Source: Alphaproteobacteria bacterium (GTDB taxonomy: Bacteria; Pseudomonadota; Alphaproteobacteria; UBA9219). Taken from it: a stretch of 64,000 nucleotides of DNA. Made by a program: the position numbers and the translations under genes. The stretch lies in contig JABDFY010000005.1 of assembly GCA_013286365.1 (NCBI GenBank), positions 6,364-70,363 on the forward strand, given 5' to 3'. Positions 55,538 through 64,000 of the stretch are shown here, in pieces. Under the pieces are notes generated by a model. That model was not told where the DNA came from, made no database searches, and worked only from the letters and a program-made list of their open reading frames with translations. The stretch's first letter is position 1. Every line of letters begins with the position of its first letter.

Positions 55538-56752
55538 ATGGAGGCCTCATATTTAAACGTATATGACCGTGTTACAGCAGAGATTATTGCCGATCTTGAG
55601 CAGGGCGTCATGCCATGGCAAAGACCGTGGGTTGGTGGAGCAGGGCCGGTAACACGGCCCAGGCGTCATACTGGCGAGCCTTACAATGGCGCAAATGTTC
55701 TTCTCTTATGGATGAGAGCCTGCAAGCAAGGCTATCGCAACCCTACATGGATGACATTCAAACAAGCCATAGAATATGGGGCAAATGTCCGAAAGGGCGA
55801 AAAGTCGGCTTACGTTGTTTATGCCAGCTCAGCTTCAAAGACAGAAACCGACGCTAGAACAGGCGAGGACATTGAAAGGCAAATCTCTTTCTTGCGCGGC
55901 TACCATGTATTCAATGTCGAGCAGATTGATGGTTTACCTGAAAAGTTTTTACCAAAACCGGAACCTCAGCCAAGCGCATTACCGGCGGTTGGACGCCTGG
56001 AAAATGTTGATCACTATATCAAAAATACTGGTGCCGAAGTTCGTCATGGCGGATGTGAAGCATATTATGTGGAAAATTCCGACTACATCCAAATGCCGTT
56101 TATCGACGCCTTCAAGGATGCCGAAAGTTACTATGCAACACTCGCCCATGAAACTACCCACTGGACGGCTCACAATAGCCGCCTGGATAGAAAATTTGGT
56201 TCTGTCGTGTATGGCGATGAAGGTTATGCCAAGGAAGAGCTTGTAGCTGAAATCGGGTCGGCCTTCCTATGTGCCGATTTAGGCATAACGCCGGAAGTGC
56301 GCGAAGACCACGCTGCCTATATCGCCGATTGGCTGGAGGCACTGAAGAATGATAAGAAACTTATCTTTACGGCTTCGGCCCATGCCAGCCGTGCCGTTGA
56401 GTTCTTGAAATCAAAGCAACCAAATATCACAGCAGATATAAAGCAGGAAGAAAAGACCGTTACCGATTACCAAACACTCTATGTCAGTCCGCCCATGCAG
56501 GTTAGCAACCATTTGTGGCGATTGCGTATTGAGCGTAGCGGAAGGGCCATGTTTACCGTCTATGAGTTTCAAGACGAAAGCGGCTCTTTCTGGAAGCGGA
56601 GCCAAGATTGGCCGGAATACGATACTAACGATACATATTCCGGTTTACCGCGTGGGCTTTCCAACCTCTACAGGCGCGAACAACCAGCTTTGGTAAAATT
56701 CGGGCTCGTTTCGCAACCGGCTGCGCCAAAGCAAGGAGGATTAAATCTATAA
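55538..56752 (+). CDS. ardC: ArdC-family antirestriction protein (ssDNA-binding N-domain + HExxH zincin C-domain)
   Basis: N-terminal DUF1738-like region (YDRVTAEIIADLEQGVMPWQRPW...NGANVLLLW); C-terminal metalloprotease motif LAHETTHWTAH; RBS GGAG before ATG 55538. ORF-track start 55502 lies inside the terminator hairpin. Confidence 0.7.
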   Translation: MEASYLNVYDRVTAEIIADLEQGVMPWQRPWVGGAGPVTRPRRHTGEPYNGANVLLLWMRACKQGYRNPTWMTFKQAIEYGANVRKGEKSAYVVYASSASKTETDARTGEDIERQISFLRGYHVFNVEQIDGLPEKFLPKPEPQPSALPAVGRLENVDHYIKNTGAEVRHGGCEAYYVENSDYIQMPFIDAFKDAESYYATLAHETTHWTAHNSRLDRKFGSVVYGDEGYAKEELVAEIGSAFLCADLGITPEVREDHAAYIADWLEALKNDKKLIFTASAHASRAVEFLKSKQPNITADIKQEEKTVTDYQTLYVSPPMQVSNHLWRLRIERSGRAMFTVYEFQDESGSFWKRSQDWPEYDTNDTYSGLPRGLSNLYRREQPALVKFGLVSQPAAPKQGGLNL

Positions 56753-56828
56753 TGGCCTTCTATATTGCTACTTGTCTAAGGCTACCAGTGGACTTTACGA
56801 TGTGATTCATACCTCTCCGTCGTAAGAG

Positions 56829-58256
56829 ATGAACATGCTTATTAGGGCCAGTGACGCTAAATCGTGGGAGCATTGTGTGCGTCGCGCATGGTTCGATAAC
56901 AACCCGCCTATGGGCTATGAAAGCATAAAACCCAATGAGTTTGACCAATTAATTTTGGATTTGGGCATCCAGCATGAGCAAAAGGTTAAGCACAGGTTAG
57001 AAGAGCAGTATCAGCTAATCGAAGCCAAATCGGAAGAGCATACACAAGATCTAATGTCGCAGGGTACGCAAGTTATCTATCAAGGCCTCTTTATTAAAGA
57101 CGACATTATTGGCAAACCGGATTTTCTCATTCGTCACGAGTCTGGCAGCTATCAGGCTGCGGATGCAAAACTTGCTCACTCTGATGATAAAAAAGAAATT
57201 CAAATTCAGCTCGGTATTTACAGGCGATTACTACAGAATAATATTCCCGCAATTGTTTTTCTTGGTACAGGAGAAATTGCTGAAATTGGTGACGAGGCTA
57301 ATAAGGATGTCGATAAATACCTTGCCAGTATGCGTGAAATCTTGGCGCAATCTACTCCACCACCAGTGCGTTACAGCGAAAGCAAGTGTACGGCTTGCAA
57401 TTATTTTGAGGTATGCAAACCAAAGTTCGTAACCAAAGGAGAGTTGACACTTTTATATGGTATTGAATCTCGCTCGGCACCTGGCCTTGAAGCGCAGGGC
57501 ATAGCAAATATCAAAATGCTAGCCGAAACTGATCCGGCTAAAATCATAGATGTACCTTACTTGAAAGGCCCCGAAGCAAAGCAGCGCGCTACGCTGCAAG
57601 CAAAGGCCTATTTAAACGACGAGTTTTATCAATTGAAACCCGTTCAGCTACCAACCGGAACTTGGGTGCATTTTGATATCGAAGATAATCCACTCACAAG
57701 CTCTGGTAGAAAACACGTTTATCTTTGGGGTTTATTAAAGCCGCCTTATGACAAAGATAATTTTGAATATATTTGGACGGATAATGAAAGTCAGGATCGT
57801 GATGGATGGGAAGCATTTTTGGCCAAGGTGGAAAACTACAGGCACCAATTTCCCGACCTACTGCTGGCACATTTTTCAAATCATGAAAGAACGACCATCA
57901 AAACCTATGAAGAGCGGTATGAAATGCAGGACAATCCTACCGTTGCTTGGTTATTAGGGGCCAATTCGCCACTGTACGATATTCAAGTGCCTGTCAAAGA
58001 TTGTTTAGTGCTCCCTCTTGCTGGGTATGGCCTCAAATACGTCTGCAAGCATCCCAAGCTGGTTAATTTCCAGTGGAAAGATAGTGACTCTGGTTCTCAG
58101 TGGTCGGTCGTACAATATGCTAACTACCTAATGAGCGCTACGCCTTCAGATCGGGAGAAGCTAAAGCGTGATATCCTAACGTATAATTTTGATGATGTTA
58201 TGGCAACAAGGATGTTGGAATTGTGGTTGAGGTCTTCTGTGATCGAGCATGTCTAG
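56829..58256 (+). CDS. TM0106-type RecB-family nuclease (Cas4-like PD-(D/E)xK N-domain with Cys cluster + RNase H-fold C-domain)
   Basis: N-terminal SDAKSWEHCVRRAW, DFLIRHESGSYQAADAKL (D...D/E-x-K), Cys cluster CTACNYFEVC; C-terminal VHFDIEDNPL DEDD-like start. Confidence 0.55.
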   Translation: MNMLIRASDAKSWEHCVRRAWFDNNPPMGYESIKPNEFDQLILDLGIQHEQKVKHRLEEQYQLIEAKSEEHTQDLMSQGTQVIYQGLFIKDDIIGKPDFLIRHESGSYQAADAKLAHSDDKKEIQIQLGIYRRLLQNNIPAIVFLGTGEIAEIGDEANKDVDKYLASMREILAQSTPPPVRYSESKCTACNYFEVCKPKFVTKGELTLLYGIESRSAPGLEAQGIANIKMLAETDPAKIIDVPYLKGPEAKQRATLQAKAYLNDEFYQLKPVQLPTGTWVHFDIEDNPLTSSGRKHVYLWGLLKPPYDKDNFEYIWTDNESQDRDGWEAFLAKVENYRHQFPDLLLAHFSNHERTTIKTYEERYEMQDNPTVAWLLGANSPLYDIQVPVKDCLVLPLAGYGLKYVCKHPKLVNFQWKDSDSGSQWSVVQYANYLMSATPSDREKLKRDILTYNFDDVMATRMLELWLRSSVIEHV

Positions 58257-58311
58257 AAATGAATATTGATAACAGATTTGGTTGATCTTACTGCTGTATC
58301 GAGGTTGTGAT

Positions 58312-59685
58312 ATGGGCGCACTAGAAGGTATTGAGCACGTTGTCGTTCTTATGCTTGAAAATCGTTCTTTCGATTGCATGCTTGGAAACCTTTATCCTGA
58401 CAACCCAAATTTCGAAGGTCTAGGCCCAAATCCAACTGCCCATTATCTAAACCCATACCATCAGCCGGATAGTAAGGTTACGGAATACCCGGTTTGGAAC
58501 GATGACAGCATGGGGCCAGCATCGGTTTGCATACCCGACCCTGATCCTGGTGAACTTTTTGTTGATATGAATGTCCAACTATTCGGTTTGGATAATCTAC
58601 CAAACAGTAATAACCCACCATCAATGAACGGTTTTATAGACAATTACATGCGGCAACAGATTCCCGGCGATCCGATGGCGGTAATGCATTATTTTACCCT
58701 ACGACAGGTGCCGGTTATCAGCCAGCTAGCCAAAGCCTTTGGTGTAAGCGACCAGTGGCATGCTTCTGCGCCATGCCAGACTTGGCCAAACCGTTTCTTT
58801 GTGCACAGCGGAACATGCGATGGCCGCGTCAACAATGGTGACTTCAGTCTGCCTTATGGCAGGGAAACAATTTTTCGACGTCTTCAGGACAATGGAAAAA
58901 ACTGGCGCATCTATTTTCACGATATTCCACAGACTTTAACGCTTGAAGATATCATAGAGCCGCCATTTCATTTTCATCCGTTCGACGAATTTATCGATAA
59001 TGCTCGTGATGGAGTCTTGCCGAATTATAGCTTCATCGAGCCCCGTTATTTTACGGATAGTGTTTTGGGCCTTCTTCCTAATGATGAGCACCCGCCACAT
59101 AATGTTGTGTATGGAGAACAATTGATCGCTAGCGTTTACAATGCCGTTCGCAGTGCGCCAACTTGGAAGAAGACACTTTTAGTTATAACTTACGACGAAC
59201 ATGGTGGTTGCTATGACCATATGCCACCGCCTCGCGCTGTTCCGCCAGATACAGGTGCGCCGAAAGACGGATTTGCCTTTGATCGTTACGGAGTCCGCGT
59301 TCCTGCTGTCATAGTTTCACCCTATATACCTCCTGGCAGCATTGTTCGTTCAGCAGAAATGGGGTTGCCACATGAGGGACCGCCTTATCCTTTCGATCAC
59401 ACCTCGATCATTTCAACGTTGCGCAAGCTTTTTGATTTAGGATTGCCTTTGACTGGGCGCGATGCTGTTGCTCCCGATCTTTTTAGCCCGCTAAGCCTTG
59501 AGAACCCAGAAAACGATGGCCCTGAGAGTGTCACGCCAACCCCGGCACAACCATCTCCAAAGGAAGTGAATAAAGCAGCGAATTTGCCACCCAATCATAT
59601 GCAACAGCATTTATGCAGAATGGTAAAAGAGTTGCCAATAGATGCATCCATAATCGCCGCACTAAAGGTTCCCCCAATACGCTAA
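58312..59685 (+). CDS. phosphoesterase family protein (non-haemolytic phospholipase C / AcpA acid phosphatase family) lacking signal peptide
   Basis: IEHVVVLMLENRSFDCMLG hallmark of phosphoesterase family (PF04185) within the first 25 residues; no N-terminal hydrophobic leader. Confidence 0.6.
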   Translation: MGALEGIEHVVVLMLENRSFDCMLGNLYPDNPNFEGLGPNPTAHYLNPYHQPDSKVTEYPVWNDDSMGPASVCIPDPDPGELFVDMNVQLFGLDNLPNSNNPPSMNGFIDNYMRQQIPGDPMAVMHYFTLRQVPVISQLAKAFGVSDQWHASAPCQTWPNRFFVHSGTCDGRVNNGDFSLPYGRETIFRRLQDNGKNWRIYFHDIPQTLTLEDIIEPPFHFHPFDEFIDNARDGVLPNYSFIEPRYFTDSVLGLLPNDEHPPHNVVYGEQLIASVYNAVRSAPTWKKTLLVITYDEHGGCYDHMPPPRAVPPDTGAPKDGFAFDRYGVRVPAVIVSPYIPPGSIVRSAEMGLPHEGPPYPFDHTSIISTLRKLFDLGLPLTGRDAVAPDLFSPLSLENPENDGPESVTPTPAQPSPKEVNKAANLPPNHMQQHLCRMVKELPIDASIIAALKVPPIR

Positions 59686-59960
59686 TAAATTGTTGGTCAT
59701 GCAAAAGATTACAAACATGAAGTCAGCCCCAGAATTTCGTGTTCAATTCCGACCTACCGAAACTCATTTGACCATGTGACGGGGCTGCTGGAATTAGTCA
59801 GAGCAGTGGTCGCCGATAGCCGCTGAACGCAAGCTATGACATTGGCCTTAATAAATTATCTATCCCCCTAATTGCGCTTAGATTTTTCCGAATATGTGGT
59901 TATAGTTTCGGATGCGAGTCTCATTTATGAGTCGGGCAAAAAAGCCTGATTCATTCAGAG

Positions 59961-62900
59961 ATGACTCTGGGGTTCTCACCAAGTTTGTCTGATCGTGATC
60001 TTCGAATGATAGAACAAGAAATCGAACAAAGTCTTATCAAGAAGCTGTGCGAGCTAAAATATGCCTATCGTCCGGACATTCGGGATCGAGCCACTTTGGA
60101 GCAGAATTTCAGGGATAAGTTTGAGGAATTAAATCGGGTTAAACTTTCAGACAGCGAATTTTCTCGCCTTCTCGACAGTATTATTACGCCAGACGTTTTC
60201 ACGGCAGCAAAGGTATTGCGCGAGCAGAATACATTTGACCGCGAAGACGGCACTCCTTTGCACTACACGCTCGTTAATATTAAGGACTGGTGCAAAAACA
60301 CCTTTGAAGTAGTCAATCAGCTGCGGATGAACACGAATAATAGTCATCATCGCTACGATGTACTGCTGCTTATTAACGGCGTTCCTGTTGCACAGATTGA
60401 GCTAAAGACTCTTGGTATAAGCCCGCGCCGCGCTATGCAGCAGATCGTCGATTATAAAAACGACCCCGGCAATGGTTACACCAAAACGCTGCTCTGCTTT
60501 ATGCAGCTGTTTATCGTCAGTAATCGCAGTGATACCTACTATTTTGCTAATAACAATAACCGCCACTTCAGCTTTGATGCGGATGAACGCTTTTTGCCGG
60601 TCTATCAGTACGCCTCGTCGGACAACAAGAAAATCACTCATCTCGACAGCTTTGCCGAGACTTTTCTGGCCAAATGCACTTTAGGGCAGATGATCAGCCG
60701 CTATATGGTTCTGGTGGCAAGCGAGCAGAAGCTGCTCATGATGCGTCCGTATCAAATTTATGCTGTGAAGGCGATTGTGGAATGCATTCAGCAAAACTGC
60801 GGCAACGGCTATATTTGGCACACCACTGGCAGCGGCAAGACGCTAACTTCGTTTAAGACTTCGACGCTGCTGAAAGATAACCCAAATATCAGCAAATGCT
60901 TGTTTGTGGTTGACCGTAAAGACCTCGACCGACAAACGCGGGAAGAATTCAATCGTTTCCAAGAAGGTTGCGTGGAGGAAAACACAAACACCGGCAGTCT
61001 GGTAAAACGACTCTTATCCGATGACTATGCAGATAAAGTCATTGTCACTACGATACAGAAGTTGGGTATCGCGCTCGATCCTGCGCATAAGAAGAACTAC
61101 AAAGAGCAATTAGAACCGCTCCGCGATCAGCGTATTGTCTTTATTTTCGACGAATGCCACCGCTCACAATTCGGCGACAACCACAACGCAATTAAAGAAT
61201 TCTTTCCCAACGCTCAGCTATTCGGCTTTACCGGCACGCCTATTTTTCCAGAGAATGCCACTTACACGCAAATTGAGGGCGAGACTGCTTCGCACAAGAC
61301 CACGGAAGACATTTTTCAGCGCCAGTTGCATGCCTACACCATCACGCACGCGATTGAAGATCGCAATGTGCTGCGCTTCCATATCGACTATTTCAAACCC
61401 GATGGCAAAGACAAGCCTAAGAAGGGCGAGACTCTGGCCAAGAAGGCGATTGTCGAGGCCATGCTCGGTAAGCATGATGCCGCTACGGCTGGTCGCAAAT
61501 TCAATGCTGTGTTGGCGACTGCCTCAATTCCTGATGCGATTGAGTATTACGGCTTGTTCAAGGCTATTCAGGCCGATAAGCAGGCTGCCGATCCTGCCTT
61601 TAAACCGTTGAGCATAGCTTGCGTCTTCTCGCCTCCAGCCGATGGAGACACGGACGTTCAGCAAATTCAAGAAGACCTACCGACCGAACGCGCCGATAAC
61701 CAAGTTGAGCCGGAGAAGAAAAAGGCCGCGCTTAAAGCTATTATTGCCGATTATAACGCCACCTATGGCACCAATCACACAATCGGCGAGTTTGATCTCT
61801 ATTATAAGGATGTACAGAAGCGCATTAAGGATCAGCAATATCCTCTGCGCGATCTACCGCCGGAAAAGCGCAACGATCCCAATAACCGGAAGGTCGATCT
61901 TACCATCGTGGTGGATATGTTGCTTACGGGGTTCGACTCCAAATACCTCAACACCCTCTATGTCGATAAAAATTTGAAGTATCACGGCCTTATTCAGGCC
62001 TTCTCGCGCACCAACCGCGTGCTGAACGATACCAAGCCCTATGGCAATATTCTTGACTTCCGCCAACAGCAAGATGCCGTGAACGATGCCATTGCTTTGT
62101 TCTCGGGCGAGCAGACGGAAAAGGCCAAGGAAATCTGGCTGGTTGAGGCCGCACCCAAGGTTGTCACCAAGCTGCAAGAAGCGGTGAAGAAACTTGACCT
62201 CTTCATGCAATCGCAAGGGATAAACTGCGCGCCGGAAGAAGTGTCGAATTTGAAAGGTGATGCGGCCCGCAGCCTGTTTATCGAGCGGTTCAAGGATGTG
62301 CAAAAGCTCACGACCCAGCTTAACCAGTACACAGACAAAACGCCGGACATTGATGCCACCATCGAAAACATAATCCCCGCCGATCAGTTGCAGGCATTCA
62401 GGGGCGTCTATCTCGAAACGGCGCAGCGTCTGAAAGAAAAGCAGGACAAACTGCAAGACAAAGCAGCCGAAGAGGTACAACAGCTCGATTTCGAATTTGT
62501 ACTCTTTGCCTCCGCCGTTATTGATTACGATTACATCATGGGCCTCATCGCCCGCTATTCGCAGGAAAAGCCGGGCACCAAGCAGCGCATGAGCCGTGAC
62601 CAGCTTATCAACCTCATCCAGTCCGATGCCAAGTTTATTGATGAGCGGGATGATATTGCCGCTTACATCAACACCCTCAAGATGGGCGAAGGGTTGGATG
62701 AAAAACAGGTCATGCAGGGTTATGAGCGTTTCAAGGCTGAGAAGAGTGAGCAGGCATTGGCCATCATCGCCAACGAGTATGGGTTGGAGCAAACGGCACT
62801 GCAAACCTTTGTCAATAATATCCTTGCGCGCCTGATTTTTGATGGTGAACAGTTGAGTGACCTCTTCGCCGTGCAAGACTTGGGCTGGAAAGACCGCACC

Positions 62901-62993
62901 GATAAAGAGTTGGCTCTGATGGCAAAACTTGTCCCTTTGCTTAAAAAGCTTGCCAATGGCCGCGCAATTTCAGGGTTGGCCGCTTATGAGTAA
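59961..62993 (+). CDS. hsdR: type I restriction enzyme R subunit
   Basis: 1010 aa; N-terminal nuclease region, SF2 helicase motifs (HTTGSGKTLTS, DECHRSQ, FGFTGTP), helical C-terminal domain. Confidence 0.85.
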   Translation: MTLGFSPSLSDRDLRMIEQEIEQSLIKKLCELKYAYRPDIRDRATLEQNFRDKFEELNRVKLSDSEFSRLLDSIITPDVFTAAKVLREQNTFDREDGTPLHYTLVNIKDWCKNTFEVVNQLRMNTNNSHHRYDVLLLINGVPVAQIELKTLGISPRRAMQQIVDYKNDPGNGYTKTLLCFMQLFIVSNRSDTYYFANNNNRHFSFDADERFLPVYQYASSDNKKITHLDSFAETFLAKCTLGQMISRYMVLVASEQKLLMMRPYQIYAVKAIVECIQQNCGNGYIWHTTGSGKTLTSFKTSTLLKDNPNISKCLFVVDRKDLDRQTREEFNRFQEGCVEENTNTGSLVKRLLSDDYADKVIVTTIQKLGIALDPAHKKNYKEQLEPLRDQRIVFIFDECHRSQFGDNHNAIKEFFPNAQLFGFTGTPIFPENATYTQIEGETASHKTTEDIFQRQLHAYTITHAIEDRNVLRFHIDYFKPDGKDKPKKGETLAKKAIVEAMLGKHDAATAGRKFNAVLATASIPDAIEYYGLFKAIQADKQAADPAFKPLSIACVFSPPADGDTDVQQIQEDLPTERADNQVEPEKKKAALKAIIADYNATYGTNHTIGEFDLYYKDVQKRIKDQQYPLRDLPPEKRNDPNNRKVDLTIVVDMLLTGFDSKYLNTLYVDKNLKYHGLIQAFSRTNRVLNDTKPYGNILDFRQQQDAVNDAIALFSGEQTEKAKEIWLVEAAPKVVTKLQEAVKKLDLFMQSQGINCAPEEVSNLKGDAARSLFIERFKDVQKLTTQLNQYTDKTPDIDATIENIIPADQLQAFRGVYLETAQRLKEKQDKLQDKAAEEVQQLDFEFVLFASAVIDYDYIMGLIARYSQEKPGTKQRMSRDQLINLIQSDAKFIDERDDIAAYINTLKMGEGLDEKQVMQGYERFKAEKSEQALAIIANEYGLEQTALQTFVNNILARLIFDGEQLSDLFAVQDLGWKDRTDKELALMAKLVPLLKKLANGRAISGLAAYE

Positions 62994-64000
62994 CAAGGCG
63001 AAAGCTACAGCCGAGACAAATGTGGTCAAGTCTGCACTGGTGCCCAAGCTGCGCTTCCCCGAATTCCGCAATGCGCCGGAGTGGGAAGAGAAATATATAA
63101 GCGATATTGGCGATGTTATTACAGGCAACACACCCAGCACCAGTCAATCTCAATACTATGGGGGTAAATGGCATTTCGTATCGCCAGCTGACATTAGCGA
63201 CAACCGATATATTGAAATCACAAAAACAACTCTATCGGATAAGGGGTTTGCAGAAACTCGCCACGTCAAAGAAAATAGTACTCTATTTGTATGCATCGGC
63301 TCTACGATAGGGAAGGTTGCTCAGAACAAAGTAGAATGTGCAACTAACCAACAAATCAATTCAATTGTCCCCAACGCTGACTATTCACACGGGTTTGTGT
63401 ATTCTCTTATGGAGTTGCACTCAAAGCATATTGCCAACATCGCGGGCAATCATGCAGTTCCAATTATAAACAAATCAGCTTTTGGTGACATAAGAATTAG
63501 GCTTCCAAGGCTTCCCGAACAACAACGCATCGCTGATTTATTCTCTTCCCTCGATGAACTGATTGCGGCACAGGCATTAAAGGTCGAAACGCTCGAGGCA
63601 CACAAAAAGGGGCTGATGCAGCTCCTCTTCCCCGCCGAAGGCGAAACCACGCCCAAACTCCGCTTTCCCGAATTCCGCAATGCACAAGTGTGGGGAGAGC
63701 GTGAACTCGGGACGATGGCAACCAAAGTCGGCAGCGGCATCACTCCAACGGGTGGTGACACAAACTACAAAACAGAAGGACGTCCATTTGTTCGAAGTCA
63801 AAATGTCGGCTGGGGCAAACTTCTCTTGAGTGACGTGGCATTTATTGACGAACAAACACACCGATCCTTTAACTCCACCGAAATTAAAATATCCGATGTT
63901 CTTCTTAACATTACTGGCGCATCCATTGGTCGAAGCGCAGTCGCAGACTCGCGTATTGCCGGGGGCAATGTTAATCAGCACGTTTGCATTATTCGAGTTA
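62986..64000 (+). CDS. hsdS: type I restriction-modification specificity subunit, 3'-truncated by window end
   Basis: Start overlaps hsdR stop by 8 nt; two target-recognition domains each preceded by KLRFPEFRNA; central conserved LPEQQRIADLFSSLDELIAAQ; reads to the window edge without a stop. Confidence 0.8.
   Translation, partial: MSNKAKATAETNVVKSALVPKLRFPEFRNAPEWEEKYISDIGDVITGNTPSTSQSQYYGGKWHFVSPADISDNRYIEITKTTLSDKGFAETRHVKENSTLFVCIGSTIGKVAQNKVECATNQQINSIVPNADYSHGFVYSLMELHSKHIANIAGNHAVPIINKSAFGDIRIRLPRLPEQQRIADLFSSLDELIAAQALKVETLEAHKKGLMQLLFPAEGETTPKLRFPEFRNAQVWGERELGTMATKVGSGITPTGGDTNYKTEGRPFVRSQNVGWGKLLLSDVAFIDEQTHRSFNSTEIKISDVLLNITGASIGRSAVADSRIAGGNVNQHVCIIRV

Noticed and set aside
63450-63981. 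Minus-strand ORFs overlapping hsdS
   Set aside because: hsdS identity on the plus strand is strong (conserved LPEQQRIADLF motif, duplicated TRD leader); antisense ORFs have no support.
1-64000. CRISPR arrays, rRNA genes, intact tRNA genes, IS elements with terminal inverted repeats
   Set aside because: No regularly spaced short direct repeats, no rRNA-like conserved stretches and no transposase-like ORF were seen on reading the window.

Overview
Chromosomal segment of a moderate-GC (about 47%) alphaproteobacterium; the purQ-purL-bolA-grxD order is Hyphomicrobiales-like. The left end is housekeeping: purQ 3' end, purL, bolA, grxD and an M20 amidohydrolase. Next comes a metal-homeostasis cluster (5.2-10.5 kb). 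Two DUF1007 paralogs bracket a NicO/RcnA-like Ni/Co transporter and a divergent znuA / znuC-znuB-type ABC importer. Its ATPase has a His-rich tail and there is a candidate Zur-box. At 11.3-17.3 kb sits a candidate small-molecule biosynthesis cluster centred on aspartate 1-decarboxylase (panD). It also has a class-V PLP enzyme, two ATP-grasp ligases (one fused to TPR repeats) and a DedA membrane protein. From about 19 kb the window is mostly accessory. It holds AT-rich membrane genes, a double-P-loop ATPase, a GNAT/DUF1778 (TacAT-like) toxin-antitoxin pair, a truncated reverse transcriptase and a tRNA 3' fragment that looks like an att remnant. A phage/IME-like block follows: small secreted proteins, a Toprim primase, a Crp/Fnr regulator split by a G10 homopolymer, MobC plus a MOBQ relaxase, and VOC plus prephenate dehydrogenase cargo. 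The most unusual locus is at 39.6-50.2 kb on the minus strand. Three tandem paralogous HExxH-motif proteins share a conserved C-terminal tail and 87-bp direct repeats. They lie downstream of a 1692-aa Gly/Asn/Thr-rich repeat protein and a small secreted protein. The right end has an XRE-HTH regulator family with an NPPY methyltransferase, leuB, and a defence/anti-defence block (ArdC, TM0106 RecB-like nuclease, a phosphoesterase with no signal peptide, type I RM hsdR-hsdS). No rRNA, intact tRNA or CRISPR array was seen. Coordinates of start codons are approximate where alternative starts exist.
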